A stretch of DNA of 62,779 bases, counting the filler, from a bacterium (GTDB lineage Bacteria > UBA9089 > CG2-30-40-21 > SBAY01): the NCBI GenBank assembly GCA_040757115.1. It is 5 parts of 4 records of this genome, joined end to end, with 100 filler letters (N's around TTAATTAATTAA, not from the genome) between each part and the next. Parts side by side here need not be neighbours in the genome. Positions count along the whole stretch, not along the records: positions 6,626 to 21,229 come from JBFLYA010000001.1; positions 21,330 to 35,150 come from JBFLYA010000100.1; 3 more parts are not named here. One strand, given 5' to 3'. Below the pieces are notes generated by a model. The model was not told the origin of the DNA, searched no databases, and saw only the letters and a program-made list of their open reading frames with translations. A program made the translations under genes and the position numbers. Of the stretch, positions 12,601 through 25,100 are shown piece after piece (the first letter of the stretch is position 1; each line of letters opens with the position of its first letter).

Positions 12601-15600
12601 GTAGGTGTAATAATAATTTTTGGCAGTATCTTAAAAGTAGTAGATGCAGTCGCTACATTTCCTTCTACTCTTACCTCCGTCGTAGGTGTTCCTGGTTGAG
12701 TGACAGTTGTGAAGGTAGTAGCGAAAGTCCCCTTACCACTTGTAGTAACACTTCCTACCCAAATCCCACCAAACTTAACATTTACTACCTCTGTGGCACC
12801 AAAACCATTCCCCGAAATTGCAACCTGAATACCTATTGTTCCGGTACCAGGTTCAATAGAAAGTATATTTCCTCTAATAGTAAATGTAGAAGTAGCTATG
12901 TGTCCATCCGGAGGAGAGTTCATCCCTCGAATCTTAATTATTCTCATTCCAAATGGATATGTCAGAATTTGTTGCGTGTATCCAAATGACCCATCTGCAA
13001 GTGTATCGTATTGCCCAACTTCACTCTCCTCTTCAAACTGACTAAAATAATACTCCAAAGATTTAAGACCATTCCCGTAAACATTTACTGTAATTCCCAC
13101 AGTCCCATAATTGGGTGAGACTTTATATATATTGGCAATGATATTAAATTCCTTATTTATTGATGACACCATTGACATATTTCCAATGGCAGTAATCGTA
13201 GTTCCCTGCATTCGATTAGATGCCTGGGTATTAACCGTAAATGATAGACAAAAAGTTCCTCCCTCACCAGTGGTAACAAAAGTAATGCTTGTATGGTTAC
13301 CAAATTCTATCCGCACACTTTCTAAACCCTGAAAACCATTACCATATACAGTTACCCAACTTCCAACTGTTCCTCTTGTTGGAGTAACTAAATAAATACC
13401 GCCAATGAGACAAAAAGCTGTATTAGTATATGCATAGGCACCCGTAGGTCCTGTAATTTTAATCGTAGTTGTCCCATAAGGTTGAGTATCTACTGTAAAT
13501 ACTGCTGTGATACTTCCAGAATTAGCAGACTGGAATGTTAACCCCATCGAATGGTCTAATTGCCCAAATTTAATTTCTATATTTGTTCTACTTGCTTCAA
13601 ACCCTGTTGCCTGAACTGTGACCAGAGAACCTATAGTTCCTCTCGAAGGAGTAACATAAGTAATATATGGTGAAATTCTGTAAGTAGTAGTAGCCGCAGT
13701 AATCCCTGAATAATCCACTACTGTAGCTGTTATAGTTGTTGTCCCATAAGGATGACTTAGATTTGTTTCTGCATTACTAAATACAATACTAAATGTTCCT
13801 GCTGAATTGGCGGATTGAGTAGCATAGGAAAGAATCGCTGTCCCAAAGGTAATTACAATCTCTCTACCAGCAATAAACCCTTCACCTTCTACGGTTAGTA
13901 CACTACCTACTATACCCGAAGCAGGATTAACATAAATAATCCGTTGATTAACCAGGAATGTCTTTTCAGGTTGAGTACCAGACTGCATCCCTCTGGCTTT
14001 AACCGTAGTAGTGGCTGGCTGTTGAACTACTGTAAAGGTGACAGTGAATGAACCGTTAACATTTGTGGTCGTGCAGGTAATCGTCTTTACCTCACCAAAA
14101 TCTATTTCTACTGATTCACTTACCTTAAAACCATTACCATAAACAGTTATTACCTCTCCAACATAAGCACTGGTAGGAATAATCTGCCAAATATTACCTG
14201 TTATCTTAAATCGCGTGGTGTCTGTAGCACTTGCATCTTTATCCCGAGCTACCACTGTCACACTACCATAAGGTTGGGTATCCACAGTAAAGGTTTTGGA
14301 AAATGTCCCATAAGCAGAGGTAGTAAATGTCGCTCTCACCGATAATAAACCACCAAAGGTGATTGTTCCCATAGTCCCTGTCCCAAAACCACTACCTGTT
14401 ACACTTACCACACTCCCTACTGTTCCTTCTGCAGGTGTAATTACAACTAACGCCGATATAACACTAAATGTCCCCGATGACTCTCTGCTGGAAGTCATAC
14501 CTCTTGCCACTATTGTTCTTAATCCATAAGGTTGGTCTTGCGTGGTAAAGATAAGACTAAATGTTCCTGAGACATTACTTGTTCCAGTTTTTATATTACT
14601 TATGTTACCAAAATTTACTTGAATTTGTTCACTTATCCCATATCCTTGCCCCAATATAGTAACAAGAGTCCCAATTGTTCCAGAAGTTGGTGTAACTTGA
14701 TAAATCGATGTTTGAACATAAAATCCTATCGTGTTTGTAGCCCCCGAGGTCATACCCCGAGCGGTAATAGTAGTCGTTGCTGGCTGCTGTAAGACAGTCA
14801 GTATAATTGAAAATGTTCCCGCACCATTTGTATTAGTAGTCCAAACATCTATGAACGAACCAAAATCTATCTTAATTTGTTCATTGGCTTTATAACCATC
14901 ACCATATAAAGTTACAAGAGCACCTACTGTTCCCGTAGTTGGTGTTACATTTATATTACTAATAATAGCAAATGCAGTGCTGGTAGCTCGTGCCCCTGAT
15001 TGCCCTACAATGACAATGGTAGTTGTTCCCATTGGTTGTCTATCAACTGTAAAGGTATGTGTAAAAGTCCCGTTTATAGATGTTGTCTTACTACCTCGCC
15101 AATTTGTTGTTGGTGTCCCAAAATAAATATCAACTGTCTCACTACCTCCATAACCATTACCTGAAACAGTTATCACTGAAGTTACAGTACCAATAGTAGG
15201 TGTAACCTCAATTATATTAGCTAAAATAGTAATACTACCTGTTACTATTTGACCAGAACTCCCTTGCCCCTCAATTGAAACTGTTGTCGTTCCATAAGGT
15301 TGAGTATCTACTGTAAATGTCATACTAAATGTCCCATTATTAGATGCTATAGTGTTATTCCTTGGTTGCACAGTTGTGCCCAACTTAATAACTACAGTTT
15401 CATTATCCCCACTATATCCATCCCCTTCTACAGTAACAGTAGAACCAACTGTCCCTGATTTAGGAGTTAGTAATGTAATCTGAGCAGTAATCTTAAATTC
15501 TGTCAGCTTCTCCTGGAAGGAATTTGATATGCCTTTGACTCTAACCGTCTTACTCCCATACGGCTCTAAGGGGATAGTGAAGGTGATGGTGAATGAACCC

Positions 15601-18600
15601 GCGTCATTACTCGTGACTACCGTAGTTAATGTGCCAGTCGTCCCAAAGACTATATTTATCTGCTCATTGGCATCATATCCTGTTCCGTTTATCGTTACCA
15701 GTGTCCCGACAGAGCCTTGTGCCGGGCTAACAGGGGTGATACTGGATTGAATAGCAAATGTAGTGGTAGCAGATTGCCCTGTAGCTACACTGGTTGCGGT
15801 TATTGTATGTGTCCCAAATCGCTGGGTATCTATCGTAAAGGTAGTCGAGAATGTCCCGCCTGCAGTAGTTGTAACCAATTGAATCGTCTTTGTTTCGCCA
15901 AAATCTATTCTCACTTGCTCGGTAGGAGCATAATGGTCTCCCGTTACCGTTACCACTAAACCAACTGACCCAGTTGTTGGAGTAACAGTAATTGCCCTTA
16001 CTGTCTGGAAGGTAACTGTGGCTACATACTGCGTAGTTGCAGTTAAAACCTGATAGAATATCTTTGAGGTATTGGTGATATATCCTGTTTTACTAACCCT
16101 CAGGGTCAATGTCCCGGTATCATCTAAACTTGGGTCAATGGCTATCGTAGCAGTTCCACCAACGGTAGTTGATTTTGTAGTACTACCATAAACATCTGCC
16201 AGTGATGTTGTCGCGGTCATCACTTCTACCTTTGCATCATCTACTGCATTACCAAATTCATCCGTAACCACTACCTTCAAGACAAACTTTAACCCATTCC
16301 CTTCACTGGCTAAGAAAGTAGGTAGTGTTTGTGTGCCACCAGTAGAAGTGCCAACCTGACTCCTGGTCGTGGTGACATAACCTTTCTTGGCGTATTGTGC
16401 CTGGAAACCAGTCCCTGTACCAACCGCTATGTACCAGGAAGAGGTTGATGTCCCCCATCTTGGTCCTGCAATATAAGGTAATTGTGTGGTTGACCCTGGG
16501 ATGAGTAATTTCACCGACTCGGTGCCAGTTGAAGGACCTTGTAAGGTCAAAATCGCCCCTAACTCATCCTGCACTGTATCTATTTTCACCGCATACTTCA
16601 AAGCACCATCCGGTCCCATAAATTTAGGTCGCATCTGTAAAGTCTTGCTCGCCGAAACCGAAGCAGTTGACATGGTCACAACATACCCATCCTTCCAATA
16701 TTGTGCCCAAACTTCCGTCCCGGTAGCGGCAATATACCAATTCCCACTACTGAATGTTTGTGTCCCACCATCGAGATAAGTAACCTCTTGTGTTCCCGCT
16801 GATGTCCCAAACAACCTCACCGTATCCGTAGCCACAGGGGTTAAAGTGACATCCAATTCATCCTTAACATCACCTGTGGAAATCTTGAAAGCAAATTGGA
16901 GTTGTCCTCCTTTGTAGTCTATATCAGGAAACTTAGTAGAATTTCCTTTATAAGCAATTTTCGGTTGATAAAAATCATCTAGTGGGAATATCTCAGTTAT
17001 TGTTCCTACATATCCATATTTATCTATCCTCAATTCAGACTGTGTCGTTACCGTAGCTGCAATATAACCAATTCCAGTACTGGTAATAGTAGCATCAAGA
17101 ATAGCAAATCCAGTAGAAGAAAAGGAAGTATTAGTTCCAGAAAGAGTCAGTGTCCCATCTAACTCATTTAAAGCACCAAGAACTTTTATCGCAAACTCCA
17201 TACCTTTAATAGAAGTAGTCCCTACTTGAGAAATATAGGTAGTAGTTGCAGGATAGTTACCTAATTCAATTATTCTCTGCCCATCAGAAGAGGTAGTAAT
17301 ACTCCCTATACCAGTATTAGTCTCTGTTGCATTTACCCAACCTTTTCGGCAAATAGACAATCCTCCACCTGGACCTGCAGTATCATCCCAGTAAAAAACA
17401 TTAGTTGTGGAAGTAGAAGGATTAATACCTCTAAAGGTAATTGTGCCATTTCCTCCACCTGTTTCAAGATTATCCCAGTTAAATCCTGCACTCTGCCCTA
17501 ACTCATCACAAACGATTACCTTTAACCCATAAGGTAATCCTGGGGCATCATATTTTGCCCCCAAATCTATAGCACCTGAATCATAATCCACAGTAGCCTG
17601 TGTACCTGCAGAAAGGGTAAGAGTTGCTCCTGTAGTCACAAATCCTGTTACTGTAAGATTTAATGTCCCATAAACAGTCGTTGTTGCCGCTATATATCCT
17701 ATTCCACCTTGAATTGTCCATGTCCCAATTACAAATCCTCCCGGAACAGCGGTATATCTAGCCAAATTAGCAGTATTATACGTTTGCATAATTGTACTTG
17801 TCCCACCTAATTCATCAGTGATACCTATGACCTTGATATTAAATTCCATACCTTTAATGGTATAGGTGGTGGATGTTGGGATAGGATTAGTAGATAGAAT
17901 AGTAGTGGTAGATGTCATATTGATCCAGACTTGATTAGATGTGCCGGTAGTAATAGTCCCAAGATTAAAATGAGTTGCCGTAGCATTAACATATCCTGCC
18001 TTCTGGAGGGTAAATGTGCCTGCCCCTCCAGTATCTGCCCAGTATAAGGTAGTTCCAGTATAAGTAGCTGGGGGATTACCTCTAAATTTGGCTAATCCAA
18101 GGTTAGGATAATCAAACCCTGTTGTCCAACCAAGTTCATTCCTAACTGTAACCTTCAATCCAAACTTCATTCGTGGTCCAATCTGATTAGCGGTAAGAAA
18201 TTCTGTTGCTGTCCCAAAAACAACCGTCGTCTGGGTACTACCTGTAGGGGCAAAGGATACACTCGTATCTATGTACCCTGGTCTTTTTACTGTCAATGTT
18301 CCCCAGGTAGTAGGACTCCCAGCAATATACCAGATATTATTTTGTAGAGTTATAGTAGCTATTCTAAAACCACCTTCTTGAGTATCAAACGAAATTCCCG
18401 TAGAGGTCATTGTCCTACCTAATTCATCTGTTACTCCTAAAACTTTGATATTAAATTCCAAACCTTTGATAGTATAAGTAGCTTTATCCTGCCCTGGAGA
18501 TTGATAGATATTATTAGTTTGAATAGTAGTTGTATTACCAAAGTTAATGATGATTTGGGTTTCAGACCCTGTTTCAATATATTGCAATCCTGAATGTGTA

Positions 18601-21227
18601 GTGGTAGCATTTACATAGCCTGTCTTTTGAATCTGTAATTCCTTTAGTGTTCCCATCTCTGGATCTGCCCAATATAATATATTCGTGCCTGTGGATGCAT
18701 CCATGGCTCTTCCATTAAACTTAGCCAGCAATAAAGTTGAACTCGCAAGTGGATTACCTAATTCATCTGCTACTATTACCTTCAAGCAAAATTTCAACGG
18801 AGGACCTAGAGAGTCCACCCCCTCCCATAATGGACTATAAGCTACCTTACATATCCCTCCTAGAGCACCATAACCATCCTCTGGTGACATACTATCCGTT
18901 GTTGTTGCGCGTACATAACCAGGCATAATAATGCTTAAGTAACCTGGAGTATAACTTCCTGCTATATAACCTATTCCATCTTTCACCGTTTGGGCAATAA
19001 TCCCAAAGCCTGAAGAATTAAAGATAGTATCTGTTGTCATCGTCATTGTCGCCAACAATTCATTCTTTATCCCAATTACATTTATATTAAATTGCATCCC
19101 TTTAATAGAATGTGTTCCTGTAGTAGAGATTGACCCTGCTTTAGCACTAAAACTACCAAACTCAATAATTGTTTGTGCATTAGCAGATGTAGAAATTGTC
19201 CCTAAAGCATCATTTGTTTTCTCGGCTCGTATATATCCTATTTTTTGAATATTCAATACCCCAGATGTTGTAGTTTGAGTATCTAACCAATATAATATAT
19301 TCCCTGAAGTAATTGTTGGAGTTCCCCCTCTAAAGGTAGCAGTTCCTAACTCAAGATAACTAAATCCAGTAGTACTTCCGAACTCATCTGCGACTATCAC
19401 CTTTAATCGGAATTTTAATGGGTCAAATGTTATTATATTTGGCGAGTCCAAACTTAAACTAATTGCACCAGTAGCACTTTTTACATATCCTGGAACAGTA
19501 ATAGTTAGAGTTCCTGTAGTCGTAGGACTTCCTGCAATATAACCTATACCATTTCTTACTGTTTGAGTAGCAATATCAAATCCTGAATCTGTCGCTGTCC
19601 CAAACAAAATACCTCCATCTACTAAAGTTACAGTTCCATTTAATTCGTTCTTGACCAATTCTACCTTCATTGAGTATTTCAAACCACTGGTTAGTGCCGA
19701 ACTACCAGCAGGAATCTCAGTTCCACCAAGAGTTTGTGTACCTTTCATAGTAACAACTGTTTGTGTTGCATTAGATAATTTCACAAGATTTAACGGCCCA
19801 CCTGAAACTTGCACATACCCTGTCTTTGTCGCCCCCAATCCAACAGAGGTAACCGCCAGAACAAAATAATACTCATTTCTATTTATTCCTGCATTTGAAT
19901 AAGTTGGATCATACCAATTAGCTCCCGATTTCCTCCGAACAGTTACTTCTGTCAATGGATTTTCTATCTCATCGTATGTAAGTACCTTCAATATACACTC
20001 TAACCCTTTAATCGCATAAGTCCCAGGTGTAGAGATGGAGGCTGTTTGAATCGTCTTGGTCGCATTATCACCACCTAAATCTATCACAATCTGCCCTGAT
20101 GATGTGCCGGTAATCCCACCGGCGGTAGTAATGTCTAATCCTGAATGTGTCTTGTTTGCATATACATAACCACTCTTTAAAATAGATAATGTTGCTGGTG
20201 TCCCCATCGTATCCGCCCAGTATAATGTGGTTGTACCAGCAGTAACTGTATAAGTACTCGGTTCCACTCCTCTAAATGTCTTTGGACTCAAATCAGTAGC
20301 TAACAATCCATTCCCCAACTCATCCCGGACTATCACTTTCAAAGCAAACTTTATGCTCCCTAAATTTACCTCTTTCTGCACCGTATTATCATAGCCAAGC
20401 TCTACTGATGTCGTCTTGACATACCCATTTACTACTAAGGTAATCGTTCCAGAAGTCCCTGTAGCGGCAATGTATGCAAAACCATCACTATAAGTAGCAG
20501 GAGCAATCCATGTAAGATTAGTCAAGGTAAGTCTAGTAGTATTAGTCGCTGTCAAAGTTATCGTCCTCTCTAACTCATCCTTCGCACTTACCTTGAATCC
20601 AAACTTTATGCCATAAAAAGTGACATCAGTTCCCGCAGATACTGTCCCAGTAGTTGTTCCTACATAGCCTGCTACTGTTAAAGTAATCTGCCCTGTCCCT
20701 GTCGCCGCTACATACGCATAACCACTATCATAAGTATCTGGCTCGGTCCGATTAAGTCCTGCACCTAAAGTAATAGTAGTAGTTGCCTCTCTTAGGTATA
20801 TCCAATTACCTAATTCATCATAGGCAGATATCTTAAATCCACGACATATACCCACAAAATTTACTGGTGTCTGAGTAGTAGATGCATAATTTAATGATTC
20901 AGAAGTCGTTCCGCGATAGCCGCTTACTACCAGAGTCATCGTTCCTGCAGTTCCTGTAGCGGCAACATACGCATAACCTGCACTATAAGTAGCTCCATCT
21001 ATCCAATTAAGATTAGTCAAGCTAATAGTCGAAGTAGCCGCAGTTAAAGTAAGAGTATTACCCAACACATCCTTCGCACTGACCTTAAACCCATACTTTA
21101 TCCCCACTAATGTCTTCTCTACCTGACTTAATGACCCATAGGTAAAGGTCGTCCCGGTAGCTATATACCCGGTCACCGTTACTGTCCCTTTATCTTCACC
21201 TGTCCCCGCAAAATATAATGCCCCTTC
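6626..21227 (-). CDS. Giant Thr/Gly-rich repeat surface protein, partial (whole contig is one frame, >4860 aa)
   Basis: The ORF track gives 4868 aa. The frame stays open upstream of the called GTG (EGALYFAGTGEDKGTVTVTGY) to the contig edge, and the called stop lies in the linker. The first ~1725 aa hold ~17 units with K(V/I)...(D/N)E(L/F)G and K.GY motifs; the rest holds ~35 IPT/TIG-like repeats with DTQPYGTTTI. Confidence 0.93.
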
Positions 21228-21229
21228 AC

Positions 21230-21329
21230 NNNNNNNNNNNNNNNNNNNNNNNNNNNNNNNNNNNNNNNNNNNNTTAATTAATTAANNNNNNNNNNNNNNN
21301 NNNNNNNNNNNNNNNNNNNNNNNNNNNNN
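21230..21329. other. Artificial contig linker
   Basis: 44 N + TTAATTAATTAA + 44 N. Confidence 0.98.
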
Positions 21330-21444
21330 TTGTCCCTATGGGACATTATTTGTATGATATTTATTTCTACCAATATGTTGTCCCTATGGGACATTATTTG
21401 TATGATATTTATTTCTACCAATATGTTGTCCCTATGGGACATTA
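21330..21444. repeat. 48-bp tandem repeat with TGTCCC-TAT-GGGACA palindrome (REP-like), at least 2.4 copies, runs off the contig end
   Basis: Unit TTGTCCCTATGGGACATTATTTGTATGATATTTATTTCTACCAATATG starts at 21330, 21378 and (partial) 21426. Confidence 0.9.
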
Positions 21445-21643
21445 AATGAAGCAAAGCCCAAAACTACAACTAAAAATTTCTCCATCAGTCGCAATAAATC
21501 TCAATGAATCTATTAGTTTTAAGGTTTTGAGATGAGGTTTTGAGTTTTGACATTTGGGTTTTGAGTTGATATTGTCCCATCTGAGAGACACGGCTGAACG
21601 CTTACGTTTTATTTATGGGATGCGTGTAAAATTTATGGGTAAA

Positions 21644-22141
21644 GTAACTATTCAGCCACTGATTGACACGGATTAGCACGGATAAATACAGAGGGCAGAA
21701 GGCAGAGGGCAGATGAGAAAGGGAGAAACGGGGAAACGGAGAAAGGGAGAAATCTGTCTAATCTGCGTAATCTGCGGATATTTTCAGGAGAAGTTTCACG
21801 CCAAGCACGCAAAGAACGCAAAGGAAAATAAGGAAAAAATTATCTTTGCGACCTTTGCGTGAAAAAACTATTTTCAGGAGAATGCTCATGAACCGTTGGT
21901 TCACAACAGAAGAATGAAAATAGGAAAAAACAGGTGGAGGAAAGATTTTCTCTCTACTCTCTACTCTCTACTTTCTACTCTCTACTTCCTATTTTCAGGA
22001 GAAGTTTCACGCCAAGCACGCAAAGAACGCAAAGGAAAATAAGGGTAAAAATTATCTTTGCGTCCTTTGCGTGAAAAAACTATTTTTCAGGTCACGAATT
22101 TTCAGTGTTTCATCCGTGTTTATCTATGGTTGAATAATTAC
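21644..22141. mobile_element. Composite GTAA-terminus miniature element with nested short-repeat modules
   Basis: Starts GTAACTATTCAGCCACTGATTGACACGG and ends ...GGTTGAATAATTAC; the ends are homologous to 35744-35905 and 55869-55960. It contains a ~95-bp direct repeat (about 21780-21876 and 21990-22090) and heptamer arrays. No target duplication is visible. Confidence 0.6.
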
Positions 22142-22142
22142 A

Positions 22143-25100
22143 TTACTTTATTATCCCAAACTTCCCTACCTTCCTTCCACCCCCACCACCGGTTACGGTG
22201 TAGATATAGATGCCTGAAGCAAGGTTTTTGTTCAAAACATCCCATTTCTGTGTGCAGTCGGTTACTTCTATCTCATCTATCAGCTCGCCTGCAATACTGT
22301 AAATTCTGATGACTGAGCCCTGACGGACATTGCCAAAAGAGATATACCTTCCTCCCATCTTTGCATCATTTTTTCTCCAGGGGTTTGGATAGGCAAAGGC
22401 ATCATTGTTTGTTGGCGCAAAGGTTGGTGTTCCTCCTATGGCAAATGGAGAGAAATGAGGCACATAAGCAAAACAATAGTTTTCTATATAATTATGATAG
22501 GTAACTAAAGGCGTCCATATCCCATCTTCATAGTGGTAGATTAAAAGGTTTTCTTCCCTTATATTTGTCCCAGCAACAAAACCATTACTCTCTTGATATG
22601 GGAAACGAATGGTGACTGAACCTGGTAAGGATTGTGTTCCAAAAGGATTATCCTGTTCATCCCTGACTTCTATATCATAGACAATCCCGGCAAACGCAAT
22701 CCCGGAAGGAGGCGTTGGTGCTGTAGTTGAGGTGGAAACAGATACTATCACATTTGCTGTTCCCAGTGAACCTGAACCAAACTCTATCATTGGTCCTGTT
22801 ATTGTTCCATAAGTTATTGTTCCTTGCTGGGTATTCATATAAACCCAAATTGTGTTAAATCCTGTTATTGTTCCATATTTTGCTATAATTGTATCTGTCC
22901 CTCCGTTCGGTGAGGATTTAATGGTTGCAATGGTTGTTCCTGAACCAGAGATTATGGTGATTGTAGATGGAGAAATAGAGTTTGTAGTGTCGGTTAAAGT
23001 AGCTATGCCTGAGGTTGTTGCTATATTTCCATAGTTGTCGTAGAGAAGGACACTTAGAGTAAATGTGGCATTAATTGTAGTTGGTGCTGGTAAGAGGAGG
23101 GTTAAGGTAAAGGTAGCTGGTGGCAATGTTTGTGTTCCTTGAAACTCATAAGCACCCATATCTACAATGCGAACTTTCCTCGGATTGCCGTCTTTGTCAG
23201 TAGTAAGCCACGCTGGGACATAAGTGTTTGAACCAGCATCTATGCAAGGAGAAAGGGTACCAAGATGGAAATTGCCTCCTTCGATAAATTGAGGATTGAA
23301 TGAGATATCGTTTGGCCCAGCAGAGCAGCCAGAATAATTTTGGATCCCAGTTATTCCATTATTCCAGACGTCGTTGTACTCGATGACGGTAGGGCTTGAA
23401 AAATTGCAGTAGATACCATAGGCAGTATTACTTGTTGTACCATTCTTTGTAATGATGTTATTGGTGATGGCTGGGGAATTATTCTGGCAGACGATGCCAT
23501 AATATCTATTCCCTGATATTGTGTTGTTTATGATGGATGCAGAGGAAAAGTACTCGCAGATGATGCCAATATTGTCATTCCCTGAGATTGTATTATTTGT
23601 GATGCTTGGGGAGGAATAATCGTAGCAGTGGATACCGTCACCATTCTCTGATATTGTGTTATTAGTAATGGTCGGAGAGGAAGAGTGGCAGTAGACACCA
23701 GTATCATTCCCTGATATTGTGTTGTTAGTAATGGCTGAGGAGGACTTGTAGCAACAGATACCACAGTTATTCCCCAATATTGTGTTATCTATAACGGTTG
23801 GGCTTGCATTTGTGCAAAATATTCCATAATATCCTCCTGGTGCCCCGGTTATTCTAAATCCTGTAATTGTGCCATTTGCATTACTGCCATTAAAGGTTAC
23901 GGTATTTGTATTACTAATACCTTGTGCTGTAATTGTGCAAATATTTGCACCTGCTCCAATTAAGGCAATATTTTTGTTGATGTAGATTGCCTCGTTATAG
24001 GTTCCCGCAGAAACAAAAACTGTGCCCCCAATAGAGCAAACATTTATCCCTTTTTGAATAGTCCGATATGGTTTTGCCTGGCTGCCATCACCGGTTATAT
24101 CATCTCCTATTGTACTGACATAGACAGTACTTATTTGTGTAATTTGCTTAAAGTTTGCCGTGATGTTTTTGTTGCTATTCATTGTAATTTTAATGGGATT
24201 TGTATTTCCAGAAACATCCCCACTCCAAAAATCAAACTGATAGCCTGAATATGGATTAGCGGTAAGGGTTACCTCCTGACCTTGATTATAGACACCACCT
24301 GCTGGGTTAAGACTTACCCAACCACCATTTGTGGGATTGCAATTTACATTAAGGGTGTATTGGTTTGGAGGAGGGGTTATTCCATTTCCTGATGCAGTAA
24401 AATCAACCGTTGATTCATCTGGATCGTTAGAGTTTATTCTAAATGTGGCATTCTTTGCTCCAGTTGAGCCAGGAGAGAATCTTATGGTGGCTGAATCAGA
24501 AGAATTTGCTGAAATACTTGAGGGATAAGAAATAACTGAGAATTCAGAACTTCCAGAAATTCTTGTTAGGTTGGTTATATTGAGAGGAGCATTCCCTATG
24601 TTTTGGATGGTAAGGTTTAAATCTTTGCTTGTTCCTATTACTACATCGCCAAATGAAAGGCTATTTGAAGGAAGATTGATATCAGGAGTAGAGGATTCTA
24701 TCACATTGGGTCCTATTAAATACTGATCTGCATTAGAAGGTAACCTCGCCGAACCGCCTTTACCATCAGTGAACTCAAAATGATACTTATGGTTACCTGC
24801 TGATAATGTTATAGGGTTGGATTTATAAATCCCATTAGCAGAAGAACCACTGAACAACTGCATGACATAGACTGTAGCTTGAGGTGTACCACCATCTATG
24901 ATTAACCACTTTTTTTCGGGACTATCTCCATCTTGGTCGTAGTATTGTACATAATAGTAGAAGTTTGTATTTGTATCACCAGATAATGGATCAACAGAAG
25001 GATTGGAAAGCGTGGGATTATGGTTTTGGGGACTGGTTACTGTAACTTGAATTGGACCAAAATCTTCTGGTGAATTTCCAGTCTGTGAATTTTGTTCATC

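Noticed and set aside
261-19869. Many short ORFs overlapping the giant gene, almost all on the plus strand
   Set aside because: They are shadow frames of the giant repeat gene with no recognisable motifs.
21330-21444. Palindromic repeat as a CRISPR array
   Set aside because: The sequences between the palindromes are identical, so there are no unique spacers, and no cas genes are present.
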